Below, in pieces: positions 6,461-16,407 of a stretch of DNA of 64,000 bases (the stretch's first letter is position 1; every line of letters begins with the position of its first letter). A model generated the notes under the pieces. The model made no database searches and was not told the origin of the DNA. It saw nothing but the letters and a program-made list of their open reading frames with translations. This stretch comes from a virus, in IMG/VR virus record IMGVR_UViG_3300023202_000336, positions 1 to 64,000 of that record, one strand, 5' to 3'. The translations under genes were made by a program, and so were the position numbers.

Positions 6461-8716
6461 ATGGTAAAACAGACAGAGATGGTCGAGTTCGAGGATCAGG
6501 GGAGCGGGATTGAAACCCGCACTCCGGTCATCGTAGGGCGACGCCCTCTCGAAATAGCTCATGAGCTTAAAAGAGTTATCTTCGTTGCGAAGACTGGCGA
6601 CGATGCAAATGACGGTCGGTGGTACGGGAATCCAAAGCTTACATTCGCGAGCGCAATGTCTGCAGCAGGGCCGCGTGCACACGGTGAGCTCAACGTTGAC
6701 GAGATACCGGCAAATAATCAGATTGTTCTCGATACTTCCGAGGGGGACGTCACCGCCGCTTTTGAAGCCGACGAAGAATTCAGAATTTCGAAGTCCGCAT
6801 CTGGAAACGATGGCGTCTATACCGTAGCTTCCTCGAACTGGGACGGTACGAATACAACGATTACCACTAATGAAACGACACTTACCACCGTCACGTCACC
6901 CGCCGCTGAGGCCCTCCCGACGCGGAAGATGGAGATCTTTTGCGAGGACGGAGGCGTCTACGTCGAGGACCTCGTGGGAGAACCCTACGTCGATATCGAA
7001 GCTCCGAGTGCGGCGTTGATCCCGGCTACGTCGGCGGCTTCTGGTGGTGCTCAGATCAAAGATAGTGAGACGTGGACGTTTGGGCAGATCACACGCATCC
7101 ACACCGGCGTGCGGATGATCACCAACGGCAAAGCGAAGGTCGTCGTCGACCAGGGCGGTACCGAGACCGGGGCAGTGAACGGACAGTTCTTGTTCTTGGT
7201 CGATTCGCGGCCGTCCGGTACCAGCCCGTTCGGCGTCGACACCGATGGTGGCACGCTCGACGTCGAGATGCGACGGTACGAGGGCGAGGCGAACATCGGC
7301 GGGGTCTACGCCAACCGCGAGGACGCGAACCTCTCGTTGGAGGTCGGGTCGATCCAAGTCGACGACGGAGGGACCGCGACGTGGTGGGATTTCTTCGCCG
7401 AGGGGGTCAGCACCACGAGCAAGAACGCGATCATGAACCTGGACGTCGGGTTCTATAATCGCGACATCGCGGGGCAGGGCTGCTTCCGCGCCTTCGGCTC
7501 ACAGCCCGGGTCGCTGGGTGAGGTTAACGTCGTCGGCGGGCGGATCGTCACCGCCGGGACCGCGTTCGAGACTAGCGGTGCTCAGGCTGACAAGCGGGTC
7601 CAGGCGTTGTGCAACGTCGTCGACGCGGTCACGTTGGTCATCGCGGACAACAACGGTGAGATCAACATCAGGGTGAATCGCATCACGGGGATCGCGTTTC
7701 GGCTGGGTACGCTCGCGACTGTCAGCATCATCACCAGGGACGAAATCGGTACCGAGACGATGAAGGTCACGCGGGATACCCCGTCCACGTCGGATACCAC
7801 CGGCGCGCTCACCGTGGAGGGCGGGATCGGGTGTCGCGGCAACGTGAACATGCAGGCCTCGGGTAAGGGAATTCACACGGCGAACCAGCTCATCGCGAAG
7901 AGTTCCAGTGCAGACGGTAGCGGGAAGGTGCGGTCTGAGCGGGAGAGTGGCGGCTTCGCGGGCTACATCGAGTCCAAGCACAGCAGCGGGCGTCACGGGT
8001 GGGACTTCGACGGGAAGGTGTCATGTGGTGAAGACGCCAACGGATTCGTGGTTGGCCTGAGCGATAACCTCTCGAATGCACGGTTCCGCATCGACAGCAG
8101 CGGCCGGTTGGTGTTTTGGGAGCCGGGCAGCGCACAGTTGCTCACCGTGAAGGCGATTGGTGACTTCGAGGTACTGCGCCGCAATGGGAGCGACGTCGAA
8201 GGCGTCAACCGCGAGGTCCTCCAGACACACCGTCTCCGCCCTTCAGACCTGGAGGACACCAACGACGCTGATTGGGGCGCGATGGTGACGACTCCGGCGG
8301 TCGGTGCGGATACCAACAACGCCTCGCTTCAAGTCATCTCCTTGGATGGCACGGTCGAGGAAGGGTTCGGGTTCCGCGCGTTCGTTCCGTCCGGTGCGAC
8401 GAAGCTCACGATACGGTTCAGGTCCCGCGCCGAGACCGCGCCCGGCGGTGCTGCCGCCGTCGTCCCGCGCCTCTATTTCCGTGGCATCCCCGACGACGCC
8501 ACGATCCCATCCTGGAGTAGCCCGACCCTGCTGACCGCCCTCGACTTCCCGACGAGCGAGCTGTGGCAGTACGACGAGCAGGAACTCGACCTCGCCACCC
8601 TTGGCATCACCGCGAACCAGGAGACGCAGTTCCAGGTTACCCGCGCCGTCGACGACGGCGGGGACACTTTGACCGGCGACTGGACGCTCCTGGTCACCGA
8701 GTTGCTATTTAAGTAA
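6461..8716 (+). CDS. Tail fibre / tailspike-like protein
   Basis: 751 aa, Gly/Thr-rich; FVAKTGDDANDG and STSDTTGALTVEGGIG fibre motifs; beta-helix-like central region. Confidence 0.7.
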   Translation: MVKQTEMVEFEDQGSGIETRTPVIVGRRPLEIAHELKRVIFVAKTGDDANDGRWYGNPKLTFASAMSAAGPRAHGELNVDEIPANNQIVLDTSEGDVTAAFEADEEFRISKSASGNDGVYTVASSNWDGTNTTITTNETTLTTVTSPAAEALPTRKMEIFCEDGGVYVEDLVGEPYVDIEAPSAALIPATSAASGGAQIKDSETWTFGQITRIHTGVRMITNGKAKVVVDQGGTETGAVNGQFLFLVDSRPSGTSPFGVDTDGGTLDVEMRRYEGEANIGGVYANREDANLSLEVGSIQVDDGGTATWWDFFAEGVSTTSKNAIMNLDVGFYNRDIAGQGCFRAFGSQPGSLGEVNVVGGRIVTAGTAFETSGAQADKRVQALCNVVDAVTLVIADNNGEINIRVNRITGIAFRLGTLATVSIITRDEIGTETMKVTRDTPSTSDTTGALTVEGGIGCRGNVNMQASGKGIHTANQLIAKSSSADGSGKVRSERESGGFAGYIESKHSSGRHGWDFDGKVSCGEDANGFVVGLSDNLSNARFRIDSSGRLVFWEPGSAQLLTVKAIGDFEVLRRNGSDVEGVNREVLQTHRLRPSDLEDTNDADWGAMVTTPAVGADTNNASLQVISLDGTVEEGFGFRAFVPSGATKLTIRFRSRAETAPGGAAAVVPRLYFRGIPDDATIPSWSSPTLLTALDFPTSELWQYDEQELDLATLGITANQETQFQVTRAVDDGGDTLTGDWTLLVTELLFK

Positions 8717-8728
8717 AAAGGATTCCAC

Positions 8729-9049
8729 ATGTCCCTCGAAACATCCGACACGATCAACGAAACCGGCAAGCGCCGTGATCGTAACTGGCGTCTTGAGATC
8801 GATACTCCGTTTGGTGGCGACTATTTTATACGGTCACATCGAGAAGAACTTTTCGTGGCGGATTCAGATAGTCGGACTATTTCTCGAGAAGAGCTTCCGT
8901 CGCTTATGCGAAGGTTTTCGGAGGTCAGTGAGGAAACGATAACCTTTGCGACCACACGTCACGGGACGGTGACGGCCACTATCGCTGAACTGGCGACCGC
9001 CATTATAGCGAAACTTGATGAGTGGCAGACGGCGGACAAGGCTGTCTGA
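8729..9049 (+). CDS. Small hypothetical protein, possible fibre chaperone or cap
   Basis: AGGA SD; directly follows a fibre gene. Confidence 0.65.
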   Translation: MSLETSDTINETGKRRDRNWRLEIDTPFGGDYFIRSHREELFVADSDSRTISREELPSLMRRFSEVSEETITFATTRHGTVTATIAELATAIIAKLDEWQTADKAV

Positions 9050-9088
9050 ACCATTACCAACCGCGTTATAGCGTTGAAGGGATTATAA

Positions 9089-9304
9089 ATGGCAGTTACG
9101 AGCCCTCACATCTGGTATCCGAGCGGAGTCGCCGGGACCGGTGTCGCCTACGATCTTCGGAAGATCACGTCTTGGGTTCCGCTTGATCCGAATCCGAACG
9201 ACCGAGTCCTTCTTCGCTTCATCGGCGACACGGTCACGACTATCGAGGTCGACCTCTCTGATTTTGAAACAGCGAAGCAGGCGAGTGTCGATGCCGGCGG
9301 ATAG
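9089..9304 (+). CDS. Small protein, (W/F)YPSG family paralog 3
   Basis: MAVTSPHIWYPSGVAGTGVAYDL is near-identical in pattern to 4472..4768. Confidence 0.8.
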   Translation: MAVTSPHIWYPSGVAGTGVAYDLRKITSWVPLDPNPNDRVLLRFIGDTVTTIEVDLSDFETAKQASVDAGG

Positions 9305-9313
9305 AACACGAAG

Positions 9314-9331
9314 AGTGTTGTCGCGAACACT
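9314..9331. promoter_or_regulatory. AGTGTT-N6-AACACT inverted repeat (GTGT-N8-ACAC)
   Basis: In the 40-bp gap before the 1141-aa gene; same motif as 4181-4196. Confidence 0.4.
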
Positions 9332-9344
9332 ATTAAGGTGACAC

Positions 9345-12300
9345 GTGGCTAAAACCGATGGCTATATCACCGACGATCCAGACGGCGATTGGCGCTTCTC
9401 AAATACCGGGGGCGAAGGTCGCGGTGACGTCACCAACGCGTTTGGTGACGCGTACGCTCGAGTAGAGCGTGAAGAAGACGGTGCGATCGCCGGTACGATG
9501 GTTGACGGTAACGGTGCCGTCAAAGCTGGCGCGAAAGTACTTTTCAATCAGGTAAACGGGCTGCTCTCGGCAAATCCGCCCGAGAACGTGGCGCTTGTTA
9601 ACGACCTCGACGAAGCGCGGAAGAAGCTCTTCATCAAGTGGGCGGGCGTTAGCCCGATGTCGCTTCGCGAAGTCCTGATTGTCTGGTCGACGGATATCGC
9701 GCTTCTCAACAAGAATAAGATCAAGCTCGTCGGTGGTCCGAAAGACATTGAGTCGATCAGTACGACCGGTCGCCTGATGGTGATCGCGATGAACGAGCCG
9801 ATCGCGATCGACGGCGAAGAGAAGTGGACCTTCAGTATCGATGCAGGAGCGGTGGCTTACTATTCGATACTCCAGGATGCTGGCCCTGCAGAAGAAGGCG
9901 ACGGTGGCGCTGAGGACGAAGCCGTCGGTGGTGAGCTCGAGGATCTCGCTGACCCGGAAGAACCGTGCCCTTGCACTGAAGTTCAGGTCGGTGATGCGAC
10001 GCAGGACCCCGAGCAGGGTCAGAATACGCGTGTCAAAGATCCGCTCGTCTTTTGTAAGCTCTGCGACGACGATGATATCGAAGTTGAATCGGGAGCAGTC
10101 GCGGTCGTCAATAGGACGTTTCCGCTCATACCGGTTCGCTGCACGCATCCGTTCATGCTGGTACAACTCAAGATCTGCGGATGCGAACCTGATTGCTGCG
10201 ATGGTGGCGATGATACGTTCGTTCCAGCCGAAGAGCTGACGAACGCTCCTGTCTGGCTTGCTTCGTATCAGCTTTACGGAGCGACGCTTCCGCTCGAGGT
10301 ATTCACGCTTGATCAGCTTCGTGAGATTGATCCGTGCGATATTCGTACGACAGTTCGCGGCGTCCTCAACGATGACGTCGCTTGTCCGACCGAAGGTGGA
10401 TGTCCACTCGTAACGGTCGATGTCATTACGAACGCGGGGCCGTCTGTTACAGTAACTGGCGTCTGGCGGGTCAGGCTCTCCGGATACGCGGGGCAAGCCG
10501 CTTCGGTCAACTATCTTTGTAAAAACGTCTGTCCACCTGACGAGCCAGACTGCGTCAATCCGTGTGACTCGTCGCTGAAGATCGAAGTCAATTCGGACGA
10601 TCATCAGTGCTGGGTCGAAGAAGAGATCCTCAAGCCGCAAGAGCGGACGATTCCGGTCACACATTTCGACTCGATGATCATGGTTTGCACCAATATCACG
10701 GTGCCGCAGATCACGACCGAGATGTTTACGGTCGTCACCGACTGCAAATCGAAAACGGTCGAACTCCTCGATAACATCAAATCGGCGTCGATCGATCTCC
10801 CGACCTCGATTGAAGTAACGACCATTACGATCCCGGTCGGGGTCGGGACGCAGACACTCGATCTGGTGACGAACGTCGATACGCAGGTCTTCACGGCAGT
10901 CACCGATATCGTCCAGGAAGTGGTGACGCTCGTAACCGACGTGGAGACGTCGGTTATCACCGGACCGATCGTAAACGCGGTCACGTCGATCGCGACGATT
11001 CCGATCGTGGCGACGGAAGTCGTCGACGTTTTCACCACGTCGCTCGCGCTCCCGACCGACTTTTCCGTCTCGCCTGAGACGATATTCACCGGAATCGGAA
11101 GTATCACGTCGATCGTTACCGGGGTCGATAAGAAAATACTCAGTCTCGAATCAGAATTCGAGAGTTTCAAAGCCTTCCCGGATCTCTTTTCCATCCCGGA
11201 TACGGTTGCTCTGCCGACTAACTTTGAAGAGCTTATCGTGACGCTTCCGACCGAAGTGAACGTCGGAACGATCACTATTCCGACCGGGACTGGGAATCTC
11301 GTCAACGACGTCTTCACAACCGATCTCGCTGTAGTCGAGGGTGTTCTGTTCGAGACAATTACTGTTCCGACGGGGACTGGGAGTCTTGTCGAATCGGTTG
11401 CGAGTACGAATCTCGACGGAGTCGGCAACGTTCTTTCGACCTCTATCGAGGTCGCGCTGGGTGGAGGCGAGTTCCCGCCACAGGTTGTTGACAGTTTCGG
11501 AACCGTGGCGATTACGTACTGCGATAACAACGGTGACGAGCAGGTCGTTACGGTTGTTACTGATCTGGTGCTCGCAGACATCTCGAGCCAACTGTTGAAT
11601 ATCGTAACACAGGTTTCGACGACACCCTCACCAGTAGTAACCGATGTTTCGGTTGTTCCGGCAGGATCGACTACGGTTCAGCTGGTGACAGGCATACAAA
11701 CGATACCGACGCAGATTGTTACAGACGTTGACATCGTTGCCGCTGGTTCCACCGAGCTTGAGCTCGTGACCAATATTGAGACTGGGGTCGTGACGATTGA
11801 ACATGGTCTCTTCGATGATCTTTTTTCTTTTGCAACTATTACATCTTTTAACGTAGTCGAAGACGTATTTCTTGAGACAGATGGTTCGCCTGCTCTCGAC
11901 GTGGATGTTGTCGTTGACGCTGGAAGCGCCGGTGTTGGCGTAAAATCAGTCGACATTCCGCAATCGTTCGAAACCGAGCTCATCGATCTTGTAACCGATT
12001 TGCAGAGAGCCGCAGCTCCGACGACTGAAATCAACGTGATCGAGAGTTTCGTGACGACGCCAACGATGACCGTACCGAAAGCGGTCTCTTCCGGTGTGGT
12101 GACGATTCCGAATGGTGCATTGACGACGACGTTCGATCTTCCGCAGGTGGTCGATGTCGGTGTTGTCACCGTGCCGACTTCGATTCAGGAGTCGGTGTTC
12201 GAAGTTCCGAAGGATCCGAAGTTCGAGACGGTCAATCTCATCACCGATTTCAATATTCAGACGTGTACATTCGTGACCGAATGTGTGAAGGGTACGATCG

Positions 12301-12770
12301 ATCTCGTGAAGGAAGATGGCGAGATCGAGATCGAGATTCTCAGGAAGACAACGTCAGGTGAAGATCCGGATAGCCCGATCACGATGATCACTGAGGCGCC
12401 GTGCAATGAAGACTCGCCCTATAAGTTTCTGGTCCGCCCGGATGACGTTCTCGAGTGCAACATCGCGCAACGGACGCTTGCGGACTGCTGTGATGATACC
12501 ACTAACTGTACACCCACTTCCGCGCCTTACGAGGTAGGCGATTGCACCAATCTTGTTCTTCTTTCACCGATCCCTGTTTCGATGCCGATAGATCTTAACT
12601 CTTCGGTGAGTTCCTGTCCGTGCTTTACCTGCGAACCGGAACGGCCTTGCGACGATCCGGCTGGAAACGAGCTTGGGACACTCAATGTATCTCAATGCCG
12701 CGGATGTACGGTGAAGTTCAAGAGGCTCCAGCGCGACCACTGTAAGACCTGTAGTACTGATCCGGATTAA
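9345..12770 (+). CDS. Large structural protein with an 11-residue Thr/Val repeat shaft and Cys-rich flanks
   Basis: AAGG SD with GTG start; consecutive 11-mers such as ASIDLPTSIEV/TTITIPVGVGT/QTLDLVTNVDT. Confidence 0.8.
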   Translation: MAKTDGYITDDPDGDWRFSNTGGEGRGDVTNAFGDAYARVEREEDGAIAGTMVDGNGAVKAGAKVLFNQVNGLLSANPPENVALVNDLDEARKKLFIKWAGVSPMSLREVLIVWSTDIALLNKNKIKLVGGPKDIESISTTGRLMVIAMNEPIAIDGEEKWTFSIDAGAVAYYSILQDAGPAEEGDGGAEDEAVGGELEDLADPEEPCPCTEVQVGDATQDPEQGQNTRVKDPLVFCKLCDDDDIEVESGAVAVVNRTFPLIPVRCTHPFMLVQLKICGCEPDCCDGGDDTFVPAEELTNAPVWLASYQLYGATLPLEVFTLDQLREIDPCDIRTTVRGVLNDDVACPTEGGCPLVTVDVITNAGPSVTVTGVWRVRLSGYAGQAASVNYLCKNVCPPDEPDCVNPCDSSLKIEVNSDDHQCWVEEEILKPQERTIPVTHFDSMIMVCTNITVPQITTEMFTVVTDCKSKTVELLDNIKSASIDLPTSIEVTTITIPVGVGTQTLDLVTNVDTQVFTAVTDIVQEVVTLVTDVETSVITGPIVNAVTSIATIPIVATEVVDVFTTSLALPTDFSVSPETIFTGIGSITSIVTGVDKKILSLESEFESFKAFPDLFSIPDTVALPTNFEELIVTLPTEVNVGTITIPTGTGNLVNDVFTTDLAVVEGVLFETITVPTGTGSLVESVASTNLDGVGNVLSTSIEVALGGGEFPPQVVDSFGTVAITYCDNNGDEQVVTVVTDLVLADISSQLLNIVTQVSTTPSPVVTDVSVVPAGSTTVQLVTGIQTIPTQIVTDVDIVAAGSTELELVTNIETGVVTIEHGLFDDLFSFATITSFNVVEDVFLETDGSPALDVDVVVDAGSAGVGVKSVDIPQSFETELIDLVTDLQRAAAPTTEINVIESFVTTPTMTVPKAVSSGVVTIPNGALTTTFDLPQVVDVGVVTVPTSIQESVFEVPKDPKFETVNLITDFNIQTCTFVTECVKGTIDLVKEDGEIEIEILRKTTSGEDPDSPITMITEAPCNEDSPYKFLVRPDDVLECNIAQRTLADCCDDTTNCTPTSAPYEVGDCTNLVLLSPIPVSMPIDLNSSVSSCPCFTCEPERPCDDPAGNELGTLNVSQCRGCTVKFKRLQRDHCKTCSTDPD

Positions 12771-12772
12771 TA

Positions 12773-14824
12773 ATGCCTATTCTCCGTAGCTGCTGCCCGC
12801 CCTGTAATACTCAGGATCCGCAGACTGGCGGATGCATGTTCAATATCGAGTTCTTTGACGCGTGTGAATGTCCCTGTGATCCGAACAGCCCAAACTGGAT
12901 CGATTTCGTTACGGACTGGCTCGCAGCGAGAACCGGTTCGACGATCTTTTCAAGTGAAGACACCTCCGGACCGGGATCGACATGTTCGACGCTTTTTACT
13001 CACGATTTCAGTCCCGGACAACACTACGTTGTTCGTGTCGAATTCATCTCGTCCGCTGCCCCAGAACCTGATTTCTTCGACCCGAGTACACGTTGCGATT
13101 CCCCTATTACTGCCGACTTCGTCGAGATCAGTTTCGATATTTTCGGCGGCGAAGACGCGTCCGGGGATGTGAGTTGCGACGATTGCTTCTCGACTATTTC
13201 GGCTACCGACACCATTATCGCGTACTGCCGACAGACGTGTCCCGATTACGATGGAAGTGACCCGCAGTTCGTCGAAGGTGATTCAGGAGATTACGATTTC
13301 CAGGGATTCTATTGCGCCCCTGGATCTCCGGGCGATGTCGGCGATTTCATTGTCGAAGCCCCCGATCTTTGTGGTTCGTTCTACGATAATTGCCCGGCGG
13401 AATGGTACGTCGCTATTACGGTGGTCACTGATGAGACGCTCGACCCGGATTGTGATATTGACTGCTGCGCTGAGTACTGCAACGGGATCAACTACTCGAC
13501 TTTCGTAGGCGCCGATGATTGTACCATAGGCATCTCGTTTGAGCAGGATTCTTCGCTCGATGACGAGTGCTGCGATGCGGACGTAAGTATCAGTGGAAGC
13601 ACGTCACTCGCTCCCGGTGAAGACCCTGATGCGCCAGATTGCGACCTTGCCACGACCGGAGGCCTTTTTGACGGATTCGGTGATGCGCTCGTTGAAGTTG
13701 AAGGAACATACGATTGTTGGGAATACGTGTTCGATGGTGACATCGATTCTTTCACCGTCGACGACTCGGAGTGTGCCGATGACGGACGCACGTCGGACTG
13801 CTCGAATTACGGTGCCTGTACTGATACGTCCGTAAGCGAGTCGTTCCTTGGAGCGATCCCGAGTTGTTTCAGTACGTTGACGGTGATCGAGCCGGACGGT
13901 ATGGGCGGAACCACTTCGACGAACGTGACCGTTAACGAGTCTGCAACCTGTATCGACTTCGTTGATTCGAACGGATGCTGTTTTGATGGGACCGCGGTTG
14001 GTACACACGTCGAAGATCTCGGGACGCTCGATATCTTTTGCGAGTCAGGGCAGGACTTCATCGAATTCAACTGGAACGACTTGGCATTCGACTGCCCTGG
14101 TAGTACCTCCGTTTATACGTTCACCGAACTCGATGCAAAAAATGGCGAGTTCTTCGATTTCTCCGGTCCAGACGTGAACGGCGATTACGTGCTCAAATGG
14201 CGAGGCCCTGCATGTGGTGAAGTCTCGTTCCTGCTGGAGCATACCAACACTTGCGACGAACCGATCTGTTTGACCGAGATACGATTTACACCGTCCGGCC
14301 CGACGTGCTATCGCTACGACATGACTGCCGACGCCGAAGTGAATATCTCTAGCTCTGACTTCACCGATATCTCGAATGAGATTTCGTCGCTGAACGCAGC
14401 GAATCCGGGAAGCGACCACAAGGCATTCATTCGGTTTCGTCCGGTTGAGTCTGGAACGATCGATTACTGCGAGACTTGCCTTTCCGAGGGGACTGAGATT
14501 ACGAGTTCGGGCATTACGAATGCGCAGCAGCTCACCGGAAAGGTGGCGCTCGATGGGTGCGATCCTGTAAGTGAGAGCGGAAGCGATGATGCCTCCGATG
14601 ACGTCTTGTCGGTTTCGTTGACGCTGGTGACTGGCGACGTTGTGATCATTGACGTGAACGCCGACACTGGCTGCGGGTCGGGAAGTACGATTTGCCTCGA
14701 TGACTGCTCGACGAGTGGCGTGAATCCGTTGCCGTCGCTCGCGGATGGGTCATCGACGATCGATGTTGATTACGCGCTGACGCCTGACGGGTGCCTCGAT
14801 TGCGCCGGGGCCGAGTGCGCTTAG
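12773..14824 (+). CDS. Extremely acidic, Cys-rich protein (probable fibre tip or adhesin)
   Basis: About 47 Cys in 683 aa by my count, many CC/CxC/CxxC clusters; very few Lys/Arg. Confidence 0.8.
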   Translation: MPILRSCCPPCNTQDPQTGGCMFNIEFFDACECPCDPNSPNWIDFVTDWLAARTGSTIFSSEDTSGPGSTCSTLFTHDFSPGQHYVVRVEFISSAAPEPDFFDPSTRCDSPITADFVEISFDIFGGEDASGDVSCDDCFSTISATDTIIAYCRQTCPDYDGSDPQFVEGDSGDYDFQGFYCAPGSPGDVGDFIVEAPDLCGSFYDNCPAEWYVAITVVTDETLDPDCDIDCCAEYCNGINYSTFVGADDCTIGISFEQDSSLDDECCDADVSISGSTSLAPGEDPDAPDCDLATTGGLFDGFGDALVEVEGTYDCWEYVFDGDIDSFTVDDSECADDGRTSDCSNYGACTDTSVSESFLGAIPSCFSTLTVIEPDGMGGTTSTNVTVNESATCIDFVDSNGCCFDGTAVGTHVEDLGTLDIFCESGQDFIEFNWNDLAFDCPGSTSVYTFTELDAKNGEFFDFSGPDVNGDYVLKWRGPACGEVSFLLEHTNTCDEPICLTEIRFTPSGPTCYRYDMTADAEVNISSSDFTDISNEISSLNAANPGSDHKAFIRFRPVESGTIDYCETCLSEGTEITSSGITNAQQLTGKVALDGCDPVSESGSDDASDDVLSVSLTLVTGDVVIIDVNADTGCGSGSTICLDDCSTSGVNPLPSLADGSSTIDVDYALTPDGCLDCAGAECA

Positions 14825-14831
14825 TAGGCTG

Positions 14832-14860
14832 TTGACAAACCGCTGAAACAGAGATATCAA
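14832..14860 (+). promoter_or_regulatory. Sigma70-like promoter candidate
   Basis: Perfect TTGACA, 17-nt spacer, weak -10 TATCAA; located in the intergenic gap. Confidence 0.4.
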
Positions 14861-14881
14861 TTGTCACCGAGAGGGGAGTCC

Positions 14882-15412
14882 ATGGCTGAGAAGACCGAGA
14901 AGGGGCCGGATTCTCGGAGTCGTGCGCAGAGTGCGCTTGCGCTCGAGCAGATGAGTACGAGCAAGAAGTCACAGACTCGGCCGATTACCGTTGACGCGCG
15001 TCGTTTTGCGAACCGTCTCCGCTACGCCGATCCTGAAGACCCGCAGGAAGTTGAGACCAAGTTGATCGAAGGGTTCCTGAAGCAGTTCCCTGAGCAGGCA
15101 GAGAATCTTCGCCAGCTCCAAGAGAATCCTCGTTGCGGCTGCGTTTCAAAGATCTCTCGAGCGGTGGCTTCGAAGGATTCGGTCATTCAGGATCTTCTCG
15201 ATGAGGTATTCGGCGAGGGTGTTTTCGACTTTCGCGCGCCGAAAGTCGGTGGTTACATGGCTGGGAAGTCGAAACTGATCGACGCGACGCCTGAGGCCTA
15301 TGAAGCGATGATGCGAGAGATCGCTCACGATACCGGGGTACGCCCGTACCACGGTCTTACGATCATTCCGGAGGAAAACGATGGGCCCAAGTGGCGAGTC
15401 CTGTTCTGGTAA
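14882..15412 (+). CDS. NPxCxC-motif protein, paralog 1
   Basis: GGGGAG SD; ENPRCGC...PEAYEAMMREI...WRVLFW. Confidence 0.8.
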   Translation: MAEKTEKGPDSRSRAQSALALEQMSTSKKSQTRPITVDARRFANRLRYADPEDPQEVETKLIEGFLKQFPEQAENLRQLQENPRCGCVSKISRAVASKDSVIQDLLDEVFGEGVFDFRAPKVGGYMAGKSKLIDATPEAYEAMMREIAHDTGVRPYHGLTIIPEENDGPKWRVLFW

Positions 15413-15956
15413 AGACCTTCAGATCGACGAGCTCGGCGGTGTCGTTATCGGCGAGCGAAAACTTGGCCCCGGTTCTTCCCCGGTCTTTATCGTGCTCAAT
15501 CGGGCCGCTCCGAGCGATGACCCAAGTAATGAGACGAAAACGTATTTCGCATTCGATAACGGTGAATACTTCTTCGTGCAGCAAGACGAAGGCGATCCCG
15601 ACCGCTATCTGCTTACGGGCGGTGGACTCGGTGAAGCGGTTTTCGCGGCGATCACCGTCTTCGGTTTCGTACCGCATCCGATCATTCTCTCCGAGGTTCT
15701 TCGCCAGAAAGGGGTTTATCCCCCTGTAAAACGGTGCCCTGACTGTGGAGGAGGTGAAGTCGCCCGCTTTTGGTACTTCCCTGAGTTCGATGCCGCACCG
15801 GCACCTGGGATGGATTATTGCGAGGTCACCCTCTTCCGCGGCACCTGTAACTGTGTTCCTGATATAAGCCTCTGCCGTACCCATTTGGGCGCGGTTCGGG
15901 GCTGGAACGCCCATGTTGAGATGATCGAGAGCACGTCTGATGGCACAGTCAGTTGA
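15381..15956 (+). CDS. Hypothetical protein with Cys-rich C-terminus
   Basis: CPDC, YC, CNC and LC clusters; lies between the two NPxCxC paralogs. Confidence 0.7.
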   Translation: MGPSGESCSGKDLQIDELGGVVIGERKLGPGSSPVFIVLNRAAPSDDPSNETKTYFAFDNGEYFFVQQDEGDPDRYLLTGGGLGEAVFAAITVFGFVPHPIILSEVLRQKGVYPPVKRCPDCGGGEVARFWYFPEFDAAPAPGMDYCEVTLFRGTCNCVPDISLCRTHLGAVRGWNAHVEMIESTSDGTVS

Positions 15957-16371
15957 TCTCAATTACGTTCTCAAGCTGCTTCGGGTCGCTGATCCGAAGA
16001 ATTTGACAGCTGATGAACACGCAAAGGCCAAGAAATTCCTCGAGATATGGCCTGAGACCGCGTCGCTACTCGATCGGTACCGTAAGAATCCTAATTGCAG
16101 TTGTAGACATGACTTGCTGGAAGAGATGGCGGGGAATCCGCAAGGCGTCCGCGAATTCCTGAAAGAAGCGCTTCCCGAGGAGGAAGTAACAGTAGATACG
16201 AAGCCGCCGGAAAATATGATCCGAAATCTCGTCGGTCACTTTTTCGATATCGAAGATACCGCTGAGGCGTACAAGAAGCTTATGAAAGATCTTCATCGCC
16301 GAAATAGCATCTATCGTGGTATGCACGTGCGTCCACTCGATGAGGAAACGGTTCGAATCTACTTCTATTGA
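15940..16371 (+). CDS. NPxCxC-motif protein, paralog 2
   Basis: KNPNCSC...AEAYKKLMKDL...VRIYFY aligns with 14882. Confidence 0.8.
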   Translation: MAQSVDLNYVLKLLRVADPKNLTADEHAKAKKFLEIWPETASLLDRYRKNPNCSCRHDLLEEMAGNPQGVREFLKEALPEEEVTVDTKPPENMIRNLVGHFFDIEDTAEAYKKLMKDLHRRNSIYRGMHVRPLDEETVRIYFY

Positions 16372-16407
16372 TTTGTGTTCGCGACTTCACAATGCCGGGG
16401 GCTTTTC

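Noticed and set aside
9399-12169. Long minus-strand ORFs (9399..10664, 10604..11581, 11678..12169)
   Set aside because: Antisense shadows of the codon-biased 1141-aa gene.
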